Below, piece by piece: positions 10,211 to 17,977 of a stretch of 64,000 nt of DNA. Within the stretch, counting starts at the first letter, position 1. Every line of letters starts with the position of its first letter. The notes beneath the pieces were generated by a model, which did not search any database, was not told the DNA's origin, and worked only from the letters and a program-made list of their open reading frames with translations. Both the position numbers and the translations under genes were made by a program. The stretch covers positions 25,534 to 89,533 of the forward strand of contig JBGSSS010000213.1 in assembly GCA_041736895.1 (NCBI GenBank), given 5' to 3'. The stretch comes from Pirellulales bacterium (GTDB taxonomy: Bacteria > Planctomycetota > Planctomycetia > Pirellulales > JALHPA01).

Positions 10211-11044
10211 ATGCAGCACCTCGTTGGGCAGATTCAAGCCGCGGCCGATTACCTCCGCCAGCGCTGGAGCAAAACGCCGCTCGTCGGGGTAATCCTCGGC
10301 ACGGGGCTCGGCAACTTCACGCGCGAAATCAAAGTCGAAGTCACGATCCCCTACGGCGAGGTTCCGCACTTCCCGCATTCGACGGCACTCGGCCACAAGG
10401 GCCAATTCGTCTGCGGCACGATTGACGGCACGCCTGTCATCACGATGGAAGGACGCTTCCATGCCTACGAAGGTTACGCCCTAGAACAAGTCACACTCCC
10501 CGTCCGCGTGATGAAGGAACTCGGGATCAAACTCCTCATCATCAGCAACGCCAGCGGCGGGATGAACCCGAATTACGCCAGCGGCGACATCATGGTCATC
10601 GACGACCATATTCATCTGATGGGCGGAATCAGCCCGTTGATGGGCGTGAACGACGACCGGCTCGGCCCACGGTTTCCGGACATGTGCCGGCCGTACGATC
10701 CCGAGTTGATCGAGGCGGCGCTCGAAATCGCGAGGCGGGAAAACTTCGCCGCGCACCGCGGCGTCTACATCGCCCTGATGGGTCCGAATTACGAAACCCG
10801 CGCTGAGTATCGCTGGCTGCGGAAACTCGGTGATGTCGTCGGCATGTCGACTGTGCCCGAAACAATCGCCGCGGTCCACGCCGGTTTGCGGGTCATGGCG
10901 CTCTCGACGGTGACCAACGTCGCGAAACCAGATTCGCTCGACAAAGCGAGCGGCGAAGAAGTCATCACCGCCGCCAAATCGGCCGAACCAAAGCTTACCA
11001 AAATCGTCCGCGGGATCATTGCGCTCGAGGCGAAGAAATCCTGA
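10211..11044 (+). CDS. purine nucleoside phosphorylase (PNP family 2, inosine/guanosine type)
   Basis: ILGTGLG, GRFHAYEGY, MSTVPE motifs; ATG at 10211 gives the canonical N-terminus. Confidence 0.9.
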   Translation: MQHLVGQIQAAADYLRQRWSKTPLVGVILGTGLGNFTREIKVEVTIPYGEVPHFPHSTALGHKGQFVCGTIDGTPVITMEGRFHAYEGYALEQVTLPVRVMKELGIKLLIISNASGGMNPNYASGDIMVIDDHIHLMGGISPLMGVNDDRLGPRFPDMCRPYDPELIEAALEIARRENFAAHRGVYIALMGPNYETRAEYRWLRKLGDVVGMSTVPETIAAVHAGLRVMALSTVTNVAKPDSLDKASGEEVITAAKSAEPKLTKIVRGIIALEAKKS

Positions 11045-11046
11045 AT

Positions 11047-11149
11047 GGGACACTGATGGGACTGATTTTATGATCTTCACTGATAAGCAAATTCCAAAAA
11101 AGTCTTTGCTGATCAGTGTGTATCAGTCACATCATAAAAATCAGTGTCC
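11047..11149. repeat. composite palindrome family F
   Basis: Two about 45-nt arms of phased ACTGAT/TATGAT units around a 10-nt centre; fills the whole convergent pnp/sulfatase spacer. Confidence 0.85.
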
Positions 11150-12636
11150 TATTCTTTTGGCATGATCGGCTTGAGCAGCGCCGCGTGTTCTTTGACCACT
11201 TCGGCGTTCGCCGGATCATTCGCGACGTTGATCGTTTCATCGGGGTCCTTCTCGTGGTCGTACAGTTCTAGCACCGTGTGGCCGTCTTTCTTCGCGCGCC
11301 AGTCCGCTTTCGCGCGCCATTCGACATACCGCCAGCGATCCGTTCGCACCGCGTAACCCATCGCCGGGCCATGCTCGGGCATCGGCCGCGGATATTGGCT
11401 AAACGCTGCGGTTTTGACAGTCGCTTTTGGATCTTTCAGGAGCGGGACGAAGCTCTTCCCCTCGATCGCCGCGTCGGGCTTCACGCTGCAGAGCTCGCAT
11501 AACGTCGGGTAGATGTCGACGAACTCCGTCAGCGCGCGCGTTGCTTGGCCCTTGCTCTGCTCGTAACCCGGCGCGCGAATCAAGAGCGGCACGCGGGTGC
11601 TCGTTTCGTAATTGCTGTGCTTGCACCACATCCCGTGCTCGCCCAGGTTCCACCCATGATCGCCCCAGAGGATCACGATCGTCTTATCGGCCAGCCCCTC
11701 CTTCTCCAACGCATCAACCACGCGGCCGACTTGTGCGTCGAGGTAACTCGTCGCCGCGTAGTAGCCGTGAATTAGGCGCCGCGCCTGATCGTCCGTGAAT
11801 GGCTCGGCCTTCGGCATGTCGTTGTAGTTCCGCAACTCGCCCGAGTTGTGTCCAGCAAACGCCGGCGCGTTCTTAGGCAGGTTTTTCTCTTTGGCCAGCG
11901 TGATCTGCGCCGGATCGTAGAGGTCCCAATACTTCTTCGGTGCAACGAATGGCAAGTGCGGTTTTACAAAACCGACGGCCAAAAAGAACGGCTGGTCTTT
12001 TTTCTTCAACTCCGTGAGGCGTTCGATCGCGTGGTCGGCGACGCGCGTGTCGGCGAGTGCCGCGCCATCGCCCTCGATGATCGTCGTCGCCGGCACATCC
12101 TTGGGCCCGGACTTGGCCGCGCCTTTCTTAGGAGCTTGCGTCAGTGTCTCGCCCGGGAAGCGTGCGGCGGTTGTTTGCTTCGCCGGGGCTTGCTTGCCTT
12201 TGCCGCCGGGATTCCAGGACGGCGCGCTCCACGACGGCGCATCGTCGTAACCGCCGTGATAGATTTTGCCCATCCCTTCGGTGTGATAGCCCGCTTCTTT
12301 GAACGCTTGTGGCAACGTCTTCACTTCGGGCAGCGCCGTGCGAAAATGCGTGACCAGGTCATACACCCGCGTCGAGTCGGGCCGGCGGCCGGTCATCAGC
12401 GACGATCGTGTCGGGCTGCAGACCGCTTGCTGGCAATACGCGCGCTCGAAGCGCAAGCCCGAGGCCGCGAGCTTGTCGATGTTCGGTGATTTGACTATAG
12501 GATGTCCATAGCAAGCCAACTCCGGCCGCAAATCATCGACGGCGATGAACAGGACATTCATCTTCGCCGGCGCATCCGCGGCCAAGAGGTTGCTGCCAAG
12601 AGCAAGGAAACAGAGCAGAGCAAATCGAGAGATCAT
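11149..12636 (-). CDS. sulfatase (formylglycine-dependent, iduronate-2-sulfatase-like)
   Basis: Signal peptide, DDLRPE, CSPTRSSLMTGRRP (C-x-P-x-R) motif. Confidence 0.9.
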   Translation of the reverse strand: MISRFALLCFLALGSNLLAADAPAKMNVLFIAVDDLRPELACYGHPIVKSPNIDKLAASGLRFERAYCQQAVCSPTRSSLMTGRRPDSTRVYDLVTHFRTALPEVKTLPQAFKEAGYHTEGMGKIYHGGYDDAPSWSAPSWNPGGKGKQAPAKQTTAARFPGETLTQAPKKGAAKSGPKDVPATTIIEGDGAALADTRVADHAIERLTELKKKDQPFFLAVGFVKPHLPFVAPKKYWDLYDPAQITLAKEKNLPKNAPAFAGHNSGELRNYNDMPKAEPFTDDQARRLIHGYYAATSYLDAQVGRVVDALEKEGLADKTIVILWGDHGWNLGEHGMWCKHSNYETSTRVPLLIRAPGYEQSKGQATRALTEFVDIYPTLCELCSVKPDAAIEGKSFVPLLKDPKATVKTAAFSQYPRPMPEHGPAMGYAVRTDRWRYVEWRAKADWRAKKDGHTVLELYDHEKDPDETINVANDPANAEVVKEHAALLKPIMPKE

Positions 12637-12730
12637 TGGGCTATCTCAGGAGAAGGGATTGGGGGTTCGGGATTGGGGATTAGTGGTTCGAGACCGGACA
12701 AAAAAACTTGGAATGACAGCAAACCGTGTA

Positions 12731-12775
12731 CAGCGCCAACCAAAGCCTGCTGATGGTATGCCCATCGGGAAGAGG
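12731..12775 (+). repeat. REP family G copy
   Basis: CAGCGCCAACCAAAGCC-TGCTGATGG-tatgc-CCATCGGGA-AGAGG. Confidence 0.8.
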
Positions 12776-12803
12776 AGGACATGAGTTTTAGATAGCACAC
12801 TCA

Positions 12804-12844
12804 GAACCCCCTCCCCAGCTCTCCCCGCAAGGGGGAGGGAGCCA
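12804..12844 (+). repeat. C-rich element family L (upstream of sulfatase 1)
   Basis: GAACCCCCTCCCCAGCTCTCCCCGCAAGGGGGAGGGAGCCA. Confidence 0.85.
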
Positions 12845-12915
12845 AACCAATTTTCTGAGGTGGAGGGCTGTTTAGCAATTCATTGTCCATTATCAATTGT
12901 CAATTATCCATTGCT

Positions 12916-13659
12916 TCATTCCTCTTTCGGCAGCGCCGCCTTCTGCTCCTCGGCGCTCAACTTGCGGTACTTGATGTCCTTGACCGAGGCCGTCGTCTTC
13001 CAGGCCGTGATGCCGAGCGGCTTGGAGAGTTCGACCTCGTTTCGGACATCGATTTCGAGTTTGCGAATGTCGACGTCGCAGATTTGTTTGTCGTCGATCC
13101 ATGTGGTGATGCGTTCTGGAATGACGCGGACGCGGATCTTGTACCATTGTTTGGTTTTGAAATCCATGAACGTCGCCGTGTCGTTGTTGGCCGCGTCTTG
13201 ACCGTTGATGTTCGAAAGACCAACCACCGTGCCGCCCCAACCGCCGACGACAAAGGTACAGCTCGTTTTGTTCACCGGAAACGTCAGGCCGCAAAAGAAG
13301 TCGTTCCCTTCGATGCGCTGCGCAGCCAGTTCGATTTCGTAACCAGCGGTGGGAAACTCGACCTTCTTGTCGAGCGTGATGCCGGTAATGCCGTCGCCAA
13401 AGTTGAGCAGCATCGCGCCGTCCTTGACCTCGACCTCGCCTTGCGGGCCGAAGTTCGGCGCCGTCCAGCCCTTGAGCGTCTTGCCGTCAAAGAGCACGGT
13501 CCACTCGACCTTGGCCGCAACTGCTTTAGGTGTTTCCTTGGCCTGTTCTTTCGCTGGTGTTGCGGGTTCCGCGGCGCACAACAAAGCCGCCGATGGTATC
13601 GGCGGGCATGTCAAACCAAGACCGCAGAATAGAGCGAGTAGTGACAATGTTTGTTTCAT
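12916..13659 (-). CDS. DUF1080 (3-keto-disaccharide hydrolase-like) domain protein, secreted
   Basis: Signal peptide MKQTLSLLALF..., WTVLFDGKTLKGW opening typical of DUF1080; ATG at 13659. Confidence 0.85.
   Translation of the reverse strand: MKQTLSLLALFCGLGLTCPPIPSAALLCAAEPATPAKEQAKETPKAVAAKVEWTVLFDGKTLKGWTAPNFGPQGEVEVKDGAMLLNFGDGITGITLDKKVEFPTAGYEIELAAQRIEGNDFFCGLTFPVNKTSCTFVVGGWGGTVVGLSNINGQDAANNDTATFMDFKTKQWYKIRVRVIPERITTWIDDKQICDVDIRKLEIDVRNEVELSKPLGITAWKTTASVKDIKYRKLSAEEQKAALPKEE
13582..13609 (-). repeat. 28-nt palindromic repeat, copy inside the DUF1080 signal-peptide coding region
   Basis: CAAAGCCGCCGATGGTATCGGCGGGCAT is the exact reverse complement of 25968-25995. Confidence 0.85.
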
Positions 13660-13736
13660 GATCGTTTGCTCGATTGTCAACGTGGCCGCTGGCGGCGAGT
13701 GATTCATTAGGTTGGTTGTGGCATTCTATCATCAAT

Positions 13737-13779
13737 GAAAAAAGGTCAGAACTATTCAATTCATAGTTCTGACCTTTTT
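13737..13779. terminator. bidirectional intrinsic terminator hairpin
   Basis: AAAAAAGGTCAGAACTAT / ATAGTTCTGACCTTTTTC, 18-bp arms with an A-run and a T-run; 28 nt downstream of the PEP-CTERM gene stop. Confidence 0.75.
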
Positions 13780-13806
13780 CTATTATCAAAAGCTTTGCCA
13801 AACTTT

Positions 13807-14466
13807 TCAACGTTTGACACTTCGTCGGCGAATCGACCAGCCAGCCAGCAGCAAACCCAATCCGGCCGCGACGCAAGTGCTTGGCTCGGGGATTGGGGCA
13901 AAGGTCAAAGCCGAGCCGGTGCTTCCGTTGATTACCGAAGCCGTGGTCGTGGTGTAAATCGGCGAGTTGGTCTGGATCACGATCAAGGCGCTGGTATCGC
14001 CAGGAATAATCGGGCCATCGCCAAACGTCAGAAACGAATTGAAGCTCACTCCAACGGTCGAGGCGTTGAAGCGGTCGAAGCTAATCGGAAAAGTCCCGGT
14101 GTTGGGAAGGCCATAACTGACATCGGTCAGAAAACCGGTAAAGTCGTTGATGGTCAACCGCCCCAAAGCATGCGGACTGGTCAAATCGTTCGTAAGCAAG
14201 TAAGTGAATGTCAGTCCGCCGTAGGGATTGCTGAGATCGCCCGCAATGACTTCGGACTTGAGCGAGCCTGAGAAAGTCGGCGCGACGAAAGGAATCGTCA
14301 TCGTATCGATGACCGTACCGCCAACTGGTTCGAATTCGCCGCCGGCCAGAACAGAATTTGTTGGATGAATCGGTAGAAGGGCCGCGTGTAGTTCTGTCGA
14401 ACAACAGAAAACGGCAAATAGCACCAATAATGATGCTGGTAGAAACGACAATGTTGTAGTCTTCAC
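13807..14466 (-). CDS. PEP-CTERM sorting-domain protein
   Basis: N-terminal signal peptide; C-terminus PIPEPSTCVAAGLGLLLAGWSIRRRSVKR (PEP motif + TM + basic tail). Confidence 0.8.
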   Translation of the reverse strand: MKTTTLSFLPASLLVLFAVFCCSTELHAALLPIHPTNSVLAGGEFEPVGGTVIDTMTIPFVAPTFSGSLKSEVIAGDLSNPYGGLTFTYLLTNDLTSPHALGRLTINDFTGFLTDVSYGLPNTGTFPISFDRFNASTVGVSFNSFLTFGDGPIIPGDTSALIVIQTNSPIYTTTTASVINGSTGSALTFAPIPEPSTCVAAGLGLLLAGWSIRRRSVKR

Positions 14467-14744
14467 TAGCTGCTCCTCAAAAGTGCGACATCTTCAAAGT
14501 TGCGCTCTCAGAGTTGATCCCCTAAGACCTATCCAATGTGAATGAATATAACTACTGATTGCAAGAATTCCCAGCAATAAATCGAATAAATGAAGAATAA
14601 CGGCAAGAAAAAAGCGGACTCAAAAACAGCATTTTATCGCAAAATATTTTTGGATTTTGTGAATCAGGATACTAATCGTCTCGGCAAGCAAGCGTAGTCT
14701 GTGGTGTATCCCGATGGATTGACGCGAGATATGAAAAAAAACAC

Positions 14745-14774
14745 TTGACTGGTAAGCGAATGCTTACCGATAAT
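14745..14774 (+). promoter_or_regulatory. sigma-70-like promoter with operator-like inverted repeat in the spacer (arsR)
   Basis: TTGACT (14745-50), 18-nt spacer that is itself GGTAAGC-gaat-GCTTACC (14751-68), GATAAT (14769-74); ATG at 14782 implies a leaderless or near-leaderless mRNA. Confidence 0.5.
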
Positions 14775-14781
14775 CTTGCGT

Positions 14782-15108
14782 ATGGTTGCCACTGCTAAAT
14801 TTGCCAACGATGTTTTCACCGCAATCAGCCACCCGGCCCGGCGGCAGATGCTCGACTTGCTCGCCGCGGGCGACCAACCGGTAAATGCCCTCGCCGCGCA
14901 TTTTGCGATGACCCGCCCCGCGGTGTCGCAGCATCTGCGAATCTTGCTCGATGCGGGCCTAGTGACCGAAGAGCGGCATGGGCGCGAACGGCGGTATCAC
15001 TTTTGTCCGGAGCAACTCGGCCCAGTCCGCGATTGGCTCGCGACGTACGAACGGTTTTGGGACGAACGATTCAAGAAGCTGCAGAAGCTATTGGCGAAGA
15101 AGAAATGA
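14782..15108 (+). CDS. ArsR/SmtB family transcriptional regulator
   Basis: Winged-HTH pattern HPARRQMLDLL...RPAVSQHLRILLDAGLV; ATG 14782 preferred to TTG 14776 because a -35/-10 pair ends at 14774. Confidence 0.85.
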   Translation: MVATAKFANDVFTAISHPARRQMLDLLAAGDQPVNALAAHFAMTRPAVSQHLRILLDAGLVTEERHGRERRYHFCPEQLGPVRDWLATYERFWDERFKKLQKLLAKKK

Positions 15109-15118
15109 CGCGTGATTT

Positions 15119-15224
15119 TGTAGCCCGTAGCGTTAGCGAGGGCGACAAATCACGTCCTCGAAAAAGCACTGGCCGAGCCAGTGGCACCCAGAGAAGAACT
15201 CCCTCGCTAAAGCTACGGGCTATA
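15119..15224. repeat. REP family A, inverted pair inside the arsR-SRPBCC spacer
   Basis: TGTAGCCCGTAGCGTTAGCGAGGGCG ... CCCTCGCTAAAGCTACGGGCTATA; the inner spacer has its own hairpin CACTGG-ccgag-CCAGTG. Confidence 0.85.
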
Positions 15225-15229
15225 AACCC

Positions 15230-15685
15230 ATGAACAACTCCATTCAACGCGAAGTCACGTTCCCGCAACCGCGCGAAGCGGTCTGGGCCGCGCTCACGAC
15301 GCGCGAGATGTTGGCCGAGTGGATGTACCCCAACGATTTCGAGCCGCGCGTTGGTCATCAATTTACTTTCCAAGTCCCGCCGAATCCGAAGATGAACTTC
15401 GAAGGCCTCACCGTGAACTGCGAAGTCCTCGAATGCGACCCGCCGCGCGAGAGTGACGACAAAACTAGTGTTGGCGGGCGACTCGTCTTTTCGTGGACCG
15501 TCGGCGGACCGGTCGTCGATACGCGCGTCAGTTTTCAACTCCTCCGCGACGGCGCGGGAACGAGGATGCTTTTCGAACACACGGGCTTCGATCTGTTGCA
15601 GCCGTACGCGGACCAGGCCTTTGCCGGCGCGGGTTACGGGTGGGCGAAGATGCTCAAGCAATTGGGCGAGGTGTTGAAACGATGA
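15230..15685 (+). CDS. SRPBCC (AHSA1/START-like) domain protein
   Basis: 151 aa with the usual ArsR-SRPBCC pairing; REAVWAALTT...LAEWM opening typical of the Aha1-like family. Confidence 0.85.
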   Translation: MNNSIQREVTFPQPREAVWAALTTREMLAEWMYPNDFEPRVGHQFTFQVPPNPKMNFEGLTVNCEVLECDPPRESDDKTSVGGRLVFSWTVGGPVVDTRVSFQLLRDGAGTRMLFEHTGFDLLQPYADQAFAGAGYGWAKMLKQLGEVLKR

Positions 15686-16131
15686 CAGCGCAAGTTCCCG
15701 ATACATTTGAAAATAACCATCCCCGAGTGAACCTTGGAGGATTAGCTCTTCGTGCAATTGTTTGCGGTGACATCAAGACGAATCATGGCTGGGGAGAGTT
15801 TTATCAGTTTGCTCATAAGCCAACGCCAGCGGATAAGCCTCATAGCTCCGCCTTGTGGCGTGGCTATATCGCAGTGTTTCAGCTAGATTCCGAAGGCGGA
15901 TTGGAATTGGTTTCCTATCGCTATCCGCCAATGATTAAAAGGGGCAAATGGAAAGTCGAGAGAGTACACGAGAAACTTGTTGGTGACTTTTGGCTCGTGA
16001 TGAAGCATGGCTTTTTTGGTCCGCGCACTTATGTTCCTTTTAAGGATGGAAAAATCATTGAAGATCCTGCGGCTTGGGTAATCGAGCAACGTCCCGACGA
16101 ACGCAGATCATTGCGGCTCGATCAGGGCTAA
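15682..16131 (+). CDS. hypothetical protein (low-GC orphan)
   Basis: ATG 15682 overlaps the upstream TGA (ATGA coupling); 149 aa, no family recognised; visibly lower GC than neighbours. Confidence 0.55.
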   Translation: MTAQVPDTFENNHPRVNLGGLALRAIVCGDIKTNHGWGEFYQFAHKPTPADKPHSSALWRGYIAVFQLDSEGGLELVSYRYPPMIKRGKWKVERVHEKLVGDFWLVMKHGFFGPRTYVPFKDGKIIEDPAAWVIEQRPDERRSLRLDQG

Positions 16132-16226
16132 AACTTTTATCCTCCACCCTGTCGAAATTCGCGTTCGTTGTACGACTACTTCATGACCTTCCCCTTTCAT
16201 CACCCAAATCTTGAAGGAGCAAACTC

Positions 16227-16619
16227 ATGAAGTACCTGTGCCTTGGATACCTCGATGTCGAAAGCTGGTCGAAGAAATCCGAAGCCGAACAGCTCGCGAT
16301 GATGGATGACTGTTTCGCGTATGACGAAGTCCTGAAGAAGAACGGCCATTGGATCGCCGGGGAAGGGCTGCAAGGAGCCGATACTGCGACGACGCTCCGC
16401 TATCAAGGCGGCCAGGTGCAACTCCTCGACGGTCCGTTTGCTGAGACCAAGGAACTGCTCGGCGGCCTGATCATCCTCGAAGCACGCGACCAGAATCATG
16501 CGATTCAACTGTTGTCGAATCATCCCGGCGTGAAGATGGGCCCGTGGGAGATTCGACCGATTGCCGATATGACGCCGATCGTCGAAGCGAGCGCGAAACG
16601 CCGTGCGGCGAAGAAATGA
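16227..16619 (+). CDS. YciI family protein
   Basis: 130 aa, MKYLCLGY..., DGPFAETKELLGG motif typical of YCII-related domain. Confidence 0.85.
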   Translation: MKYLCLGYLDVESWSKKSEAEQLAMMDDCFAYDEVLKKNGHWIAGEGLQGADTATTLRYQGGQVQLLDGPFAETKELLGGLIILEARDQNHAIQLLSNHPGVKMGPWEIRPIADMTPIVEASAKRRAAKK

Positions 16620-16637
16620 TTTTGCGATGATGTTCCC

Positions 16638-16778
16638 CATTAGCCCCGGGTCAATGACCCGGGGGAAGAGCGCGTGAAGCGAAGACAATCTTTCAATCCC
16701 ATTAAATGATGTCAAACGAAATTCGGCACGTGCACACGTGCGAAGTCTTGTCCCCCCGGTCATTGACCGGGGGCTAAA
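16638..16778. repeat. REP family B, inverted pair enclosing about 85 nt
   Basis: CATTAGCCCCGGGTCAATGACCCGGGGG ... CCCCCCGGTCATTGACCGGGGGCTAA; the inner part has the GCACGTG-ca-CACGTGC palindrome. Confidence 0.8.
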
Positions 16779-16817
16779 TTGGTGCCCCTTCGCCCACCCT
16801 CCCGCTCTTAACTAACA

Positions 16818-17039
16818 ATGAAAGCCTCGACCAAACGCTCGATTCTCCGCTGGGTTCACATCGTGTTCGGCCTCACGCTCGTCGGGTTCATCTACGGTCC
16901 GCCGGAAGAGGTCGTGCCGTACCGCGACAACTTTCGGTTCATCTTCATGCCGGTCGTGATCGTAACGGGACTTTTGCTCTGGAAAGGACCGGCAATTATA
17001 GGACTGATTTCAAAATCCCAGAATGTTGCCACTGATTAA
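16818..17039 (+). CDS. small membrane protein (hypothetical)
   Basis: 73 aa with two hydrophobic spans; 3' end runs into a repeat arm. Confidence 0.4.
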   Translation: MKASTKRSILRWVHIVFGLTLVGFIYGPPEEVVPYRDNFRFIFMPVVIVTGLLLWKGPAIIGLISKSQNVATD

Positions 17040-17195
17040 CAGTGATAATAATTCTGATTTTCACTGATCAGCAATTTTATTAGGTCGCGATTGCGAGAGC
17101 CCCTGATAAAACGTTGACGCCCTCGCTAACGCTACGGGCTACAATCAAAATCAGATCAGTGAAAATCAGTTGCTCCATCCGTATTAATCAGTGGC
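17028..17195. repeat. composite palindrome family F (shell) with a family A REP inside
   Basis: GCCACTGATTAA...CTGATTTTCACTGATCAGCAA and its inverted partner ...ATCAGTGAAAATCAG...TTAATCAGTGGC. Confidence 0.85.
17118..17143 (-). repeat. REP family A copy (nested in a family F palindrome)
   Basis: CGCCCTCGCTAACGCTACGGGCTACA. Confidence 0.8.
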
Positions 17196-17205
17196 AAAAA
17201 ATCCC

Positions 17206-17862
17206 ATGACAAAAGATCTGAATAAACTAATGACGCCCGAGGTCGATGACTTCCTCAAGACCGCCAGCAAGTGGCCGGCGGAGTTGACGAAGCTCCGCGC
17301 GATCTTGATCGAAGGCGGCCTCACCGAAGGAATCAAATGGCGGCAGCCGTGCTACTCATACGATGGCAACAACGTCGCGATCATCGGCGAGCTGAAAAAC
17401 TGCTGCACACTCGGCTTCTTCAAGGGCGCGCAGTTCAAAGACCCTCAGGGCATCCTCGCCAAGCCGGGCGAAAACACGCAATCCGCCCGCGTGATTCGGT
17501 TCACGAGCGTCAAGGAAATCGACAAGGTCAAGTCGGCGCTCAAAGCACTGATCGAAGAAGGAATCGAACTCGAAAAGTCCGGCGCAAAGTTCGAGTTCAA
17601 AAAAGAACCCGAGCCGATGCCGCACGAACTGCAAGAGATCTTCAACAACGATTCAGCGTTCGAAAAAGCGTTCGACGCGCTCACCCCGGGTCGGCAGCGG
17701 GCGTACCTAATGTTCTTTAACGCGGCGAAGCAGTCGAAGACCAAGGTCGCGCGGATCGAGCAATACCGCGAGCGGATCTTCGACGGCAAAGGGATGAACG
17801 ACTGCACCTGCGGCCACTCGAAAAAAATGCCGGGGTGCGATGGGTCGCATAAGTATCTGTAG
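17206..17862 (+). CDS. DUF1801/YdeI-family protein fused to a C-terminal CDGSH iron-sulfur motif
   Basis: YdhG/YdeI-like body (LTPGRQRAYLMFFNAAKQSKTKVARIE) and terminal CTCGHSKKMPGCDGSH matching C-x-C-x2-S-x3-P-x-C-D-G-S-H; GTG 17191 lies in a repeat arm so ATG 17206 used. Confidence 0.8.
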   Translation: MTKDLNKLMTPEVDDFLKTASKWPAELTKLRAILIEGGLTEGIKWRQPCYSYDGNNVAIIGELKNCCTLGFFKGAQFKDPQGILAKPGENTQSARVIRFTSVKEIDKVKSALKALIEEGIELEKSGAKFEFKKEPEPMPHELQEIFNNDSAFEKAFDALTPGRQRAYLMFFNAAKQSKTKVARIEQYRERIFDGKGMNDCTCGHSKKMPGCDGSHKYL

Positions 17863-17977
17863 GATAAAAGCCCGAGGGCGTAAGCCAGGGAGTTAGGATT
17901 TTCCCAACCTATCCCGATTGGTGTATGCTGTAGCTGGCCCAGCCCAGCGAATCGCACACATCGAATAGGGGAATACG

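Noticed and set aside
12640-12700. G-rich run GGGATTGGGGGTTCGGGATTGGGGATTAG upstream of sulfatase 1, as a possible G-quadruplex regulatory element.
   Set aside because: It is a single occurrence with short G-tracts of variable length, in a region dense with other repeats. There is not enough evidence to call a feature.
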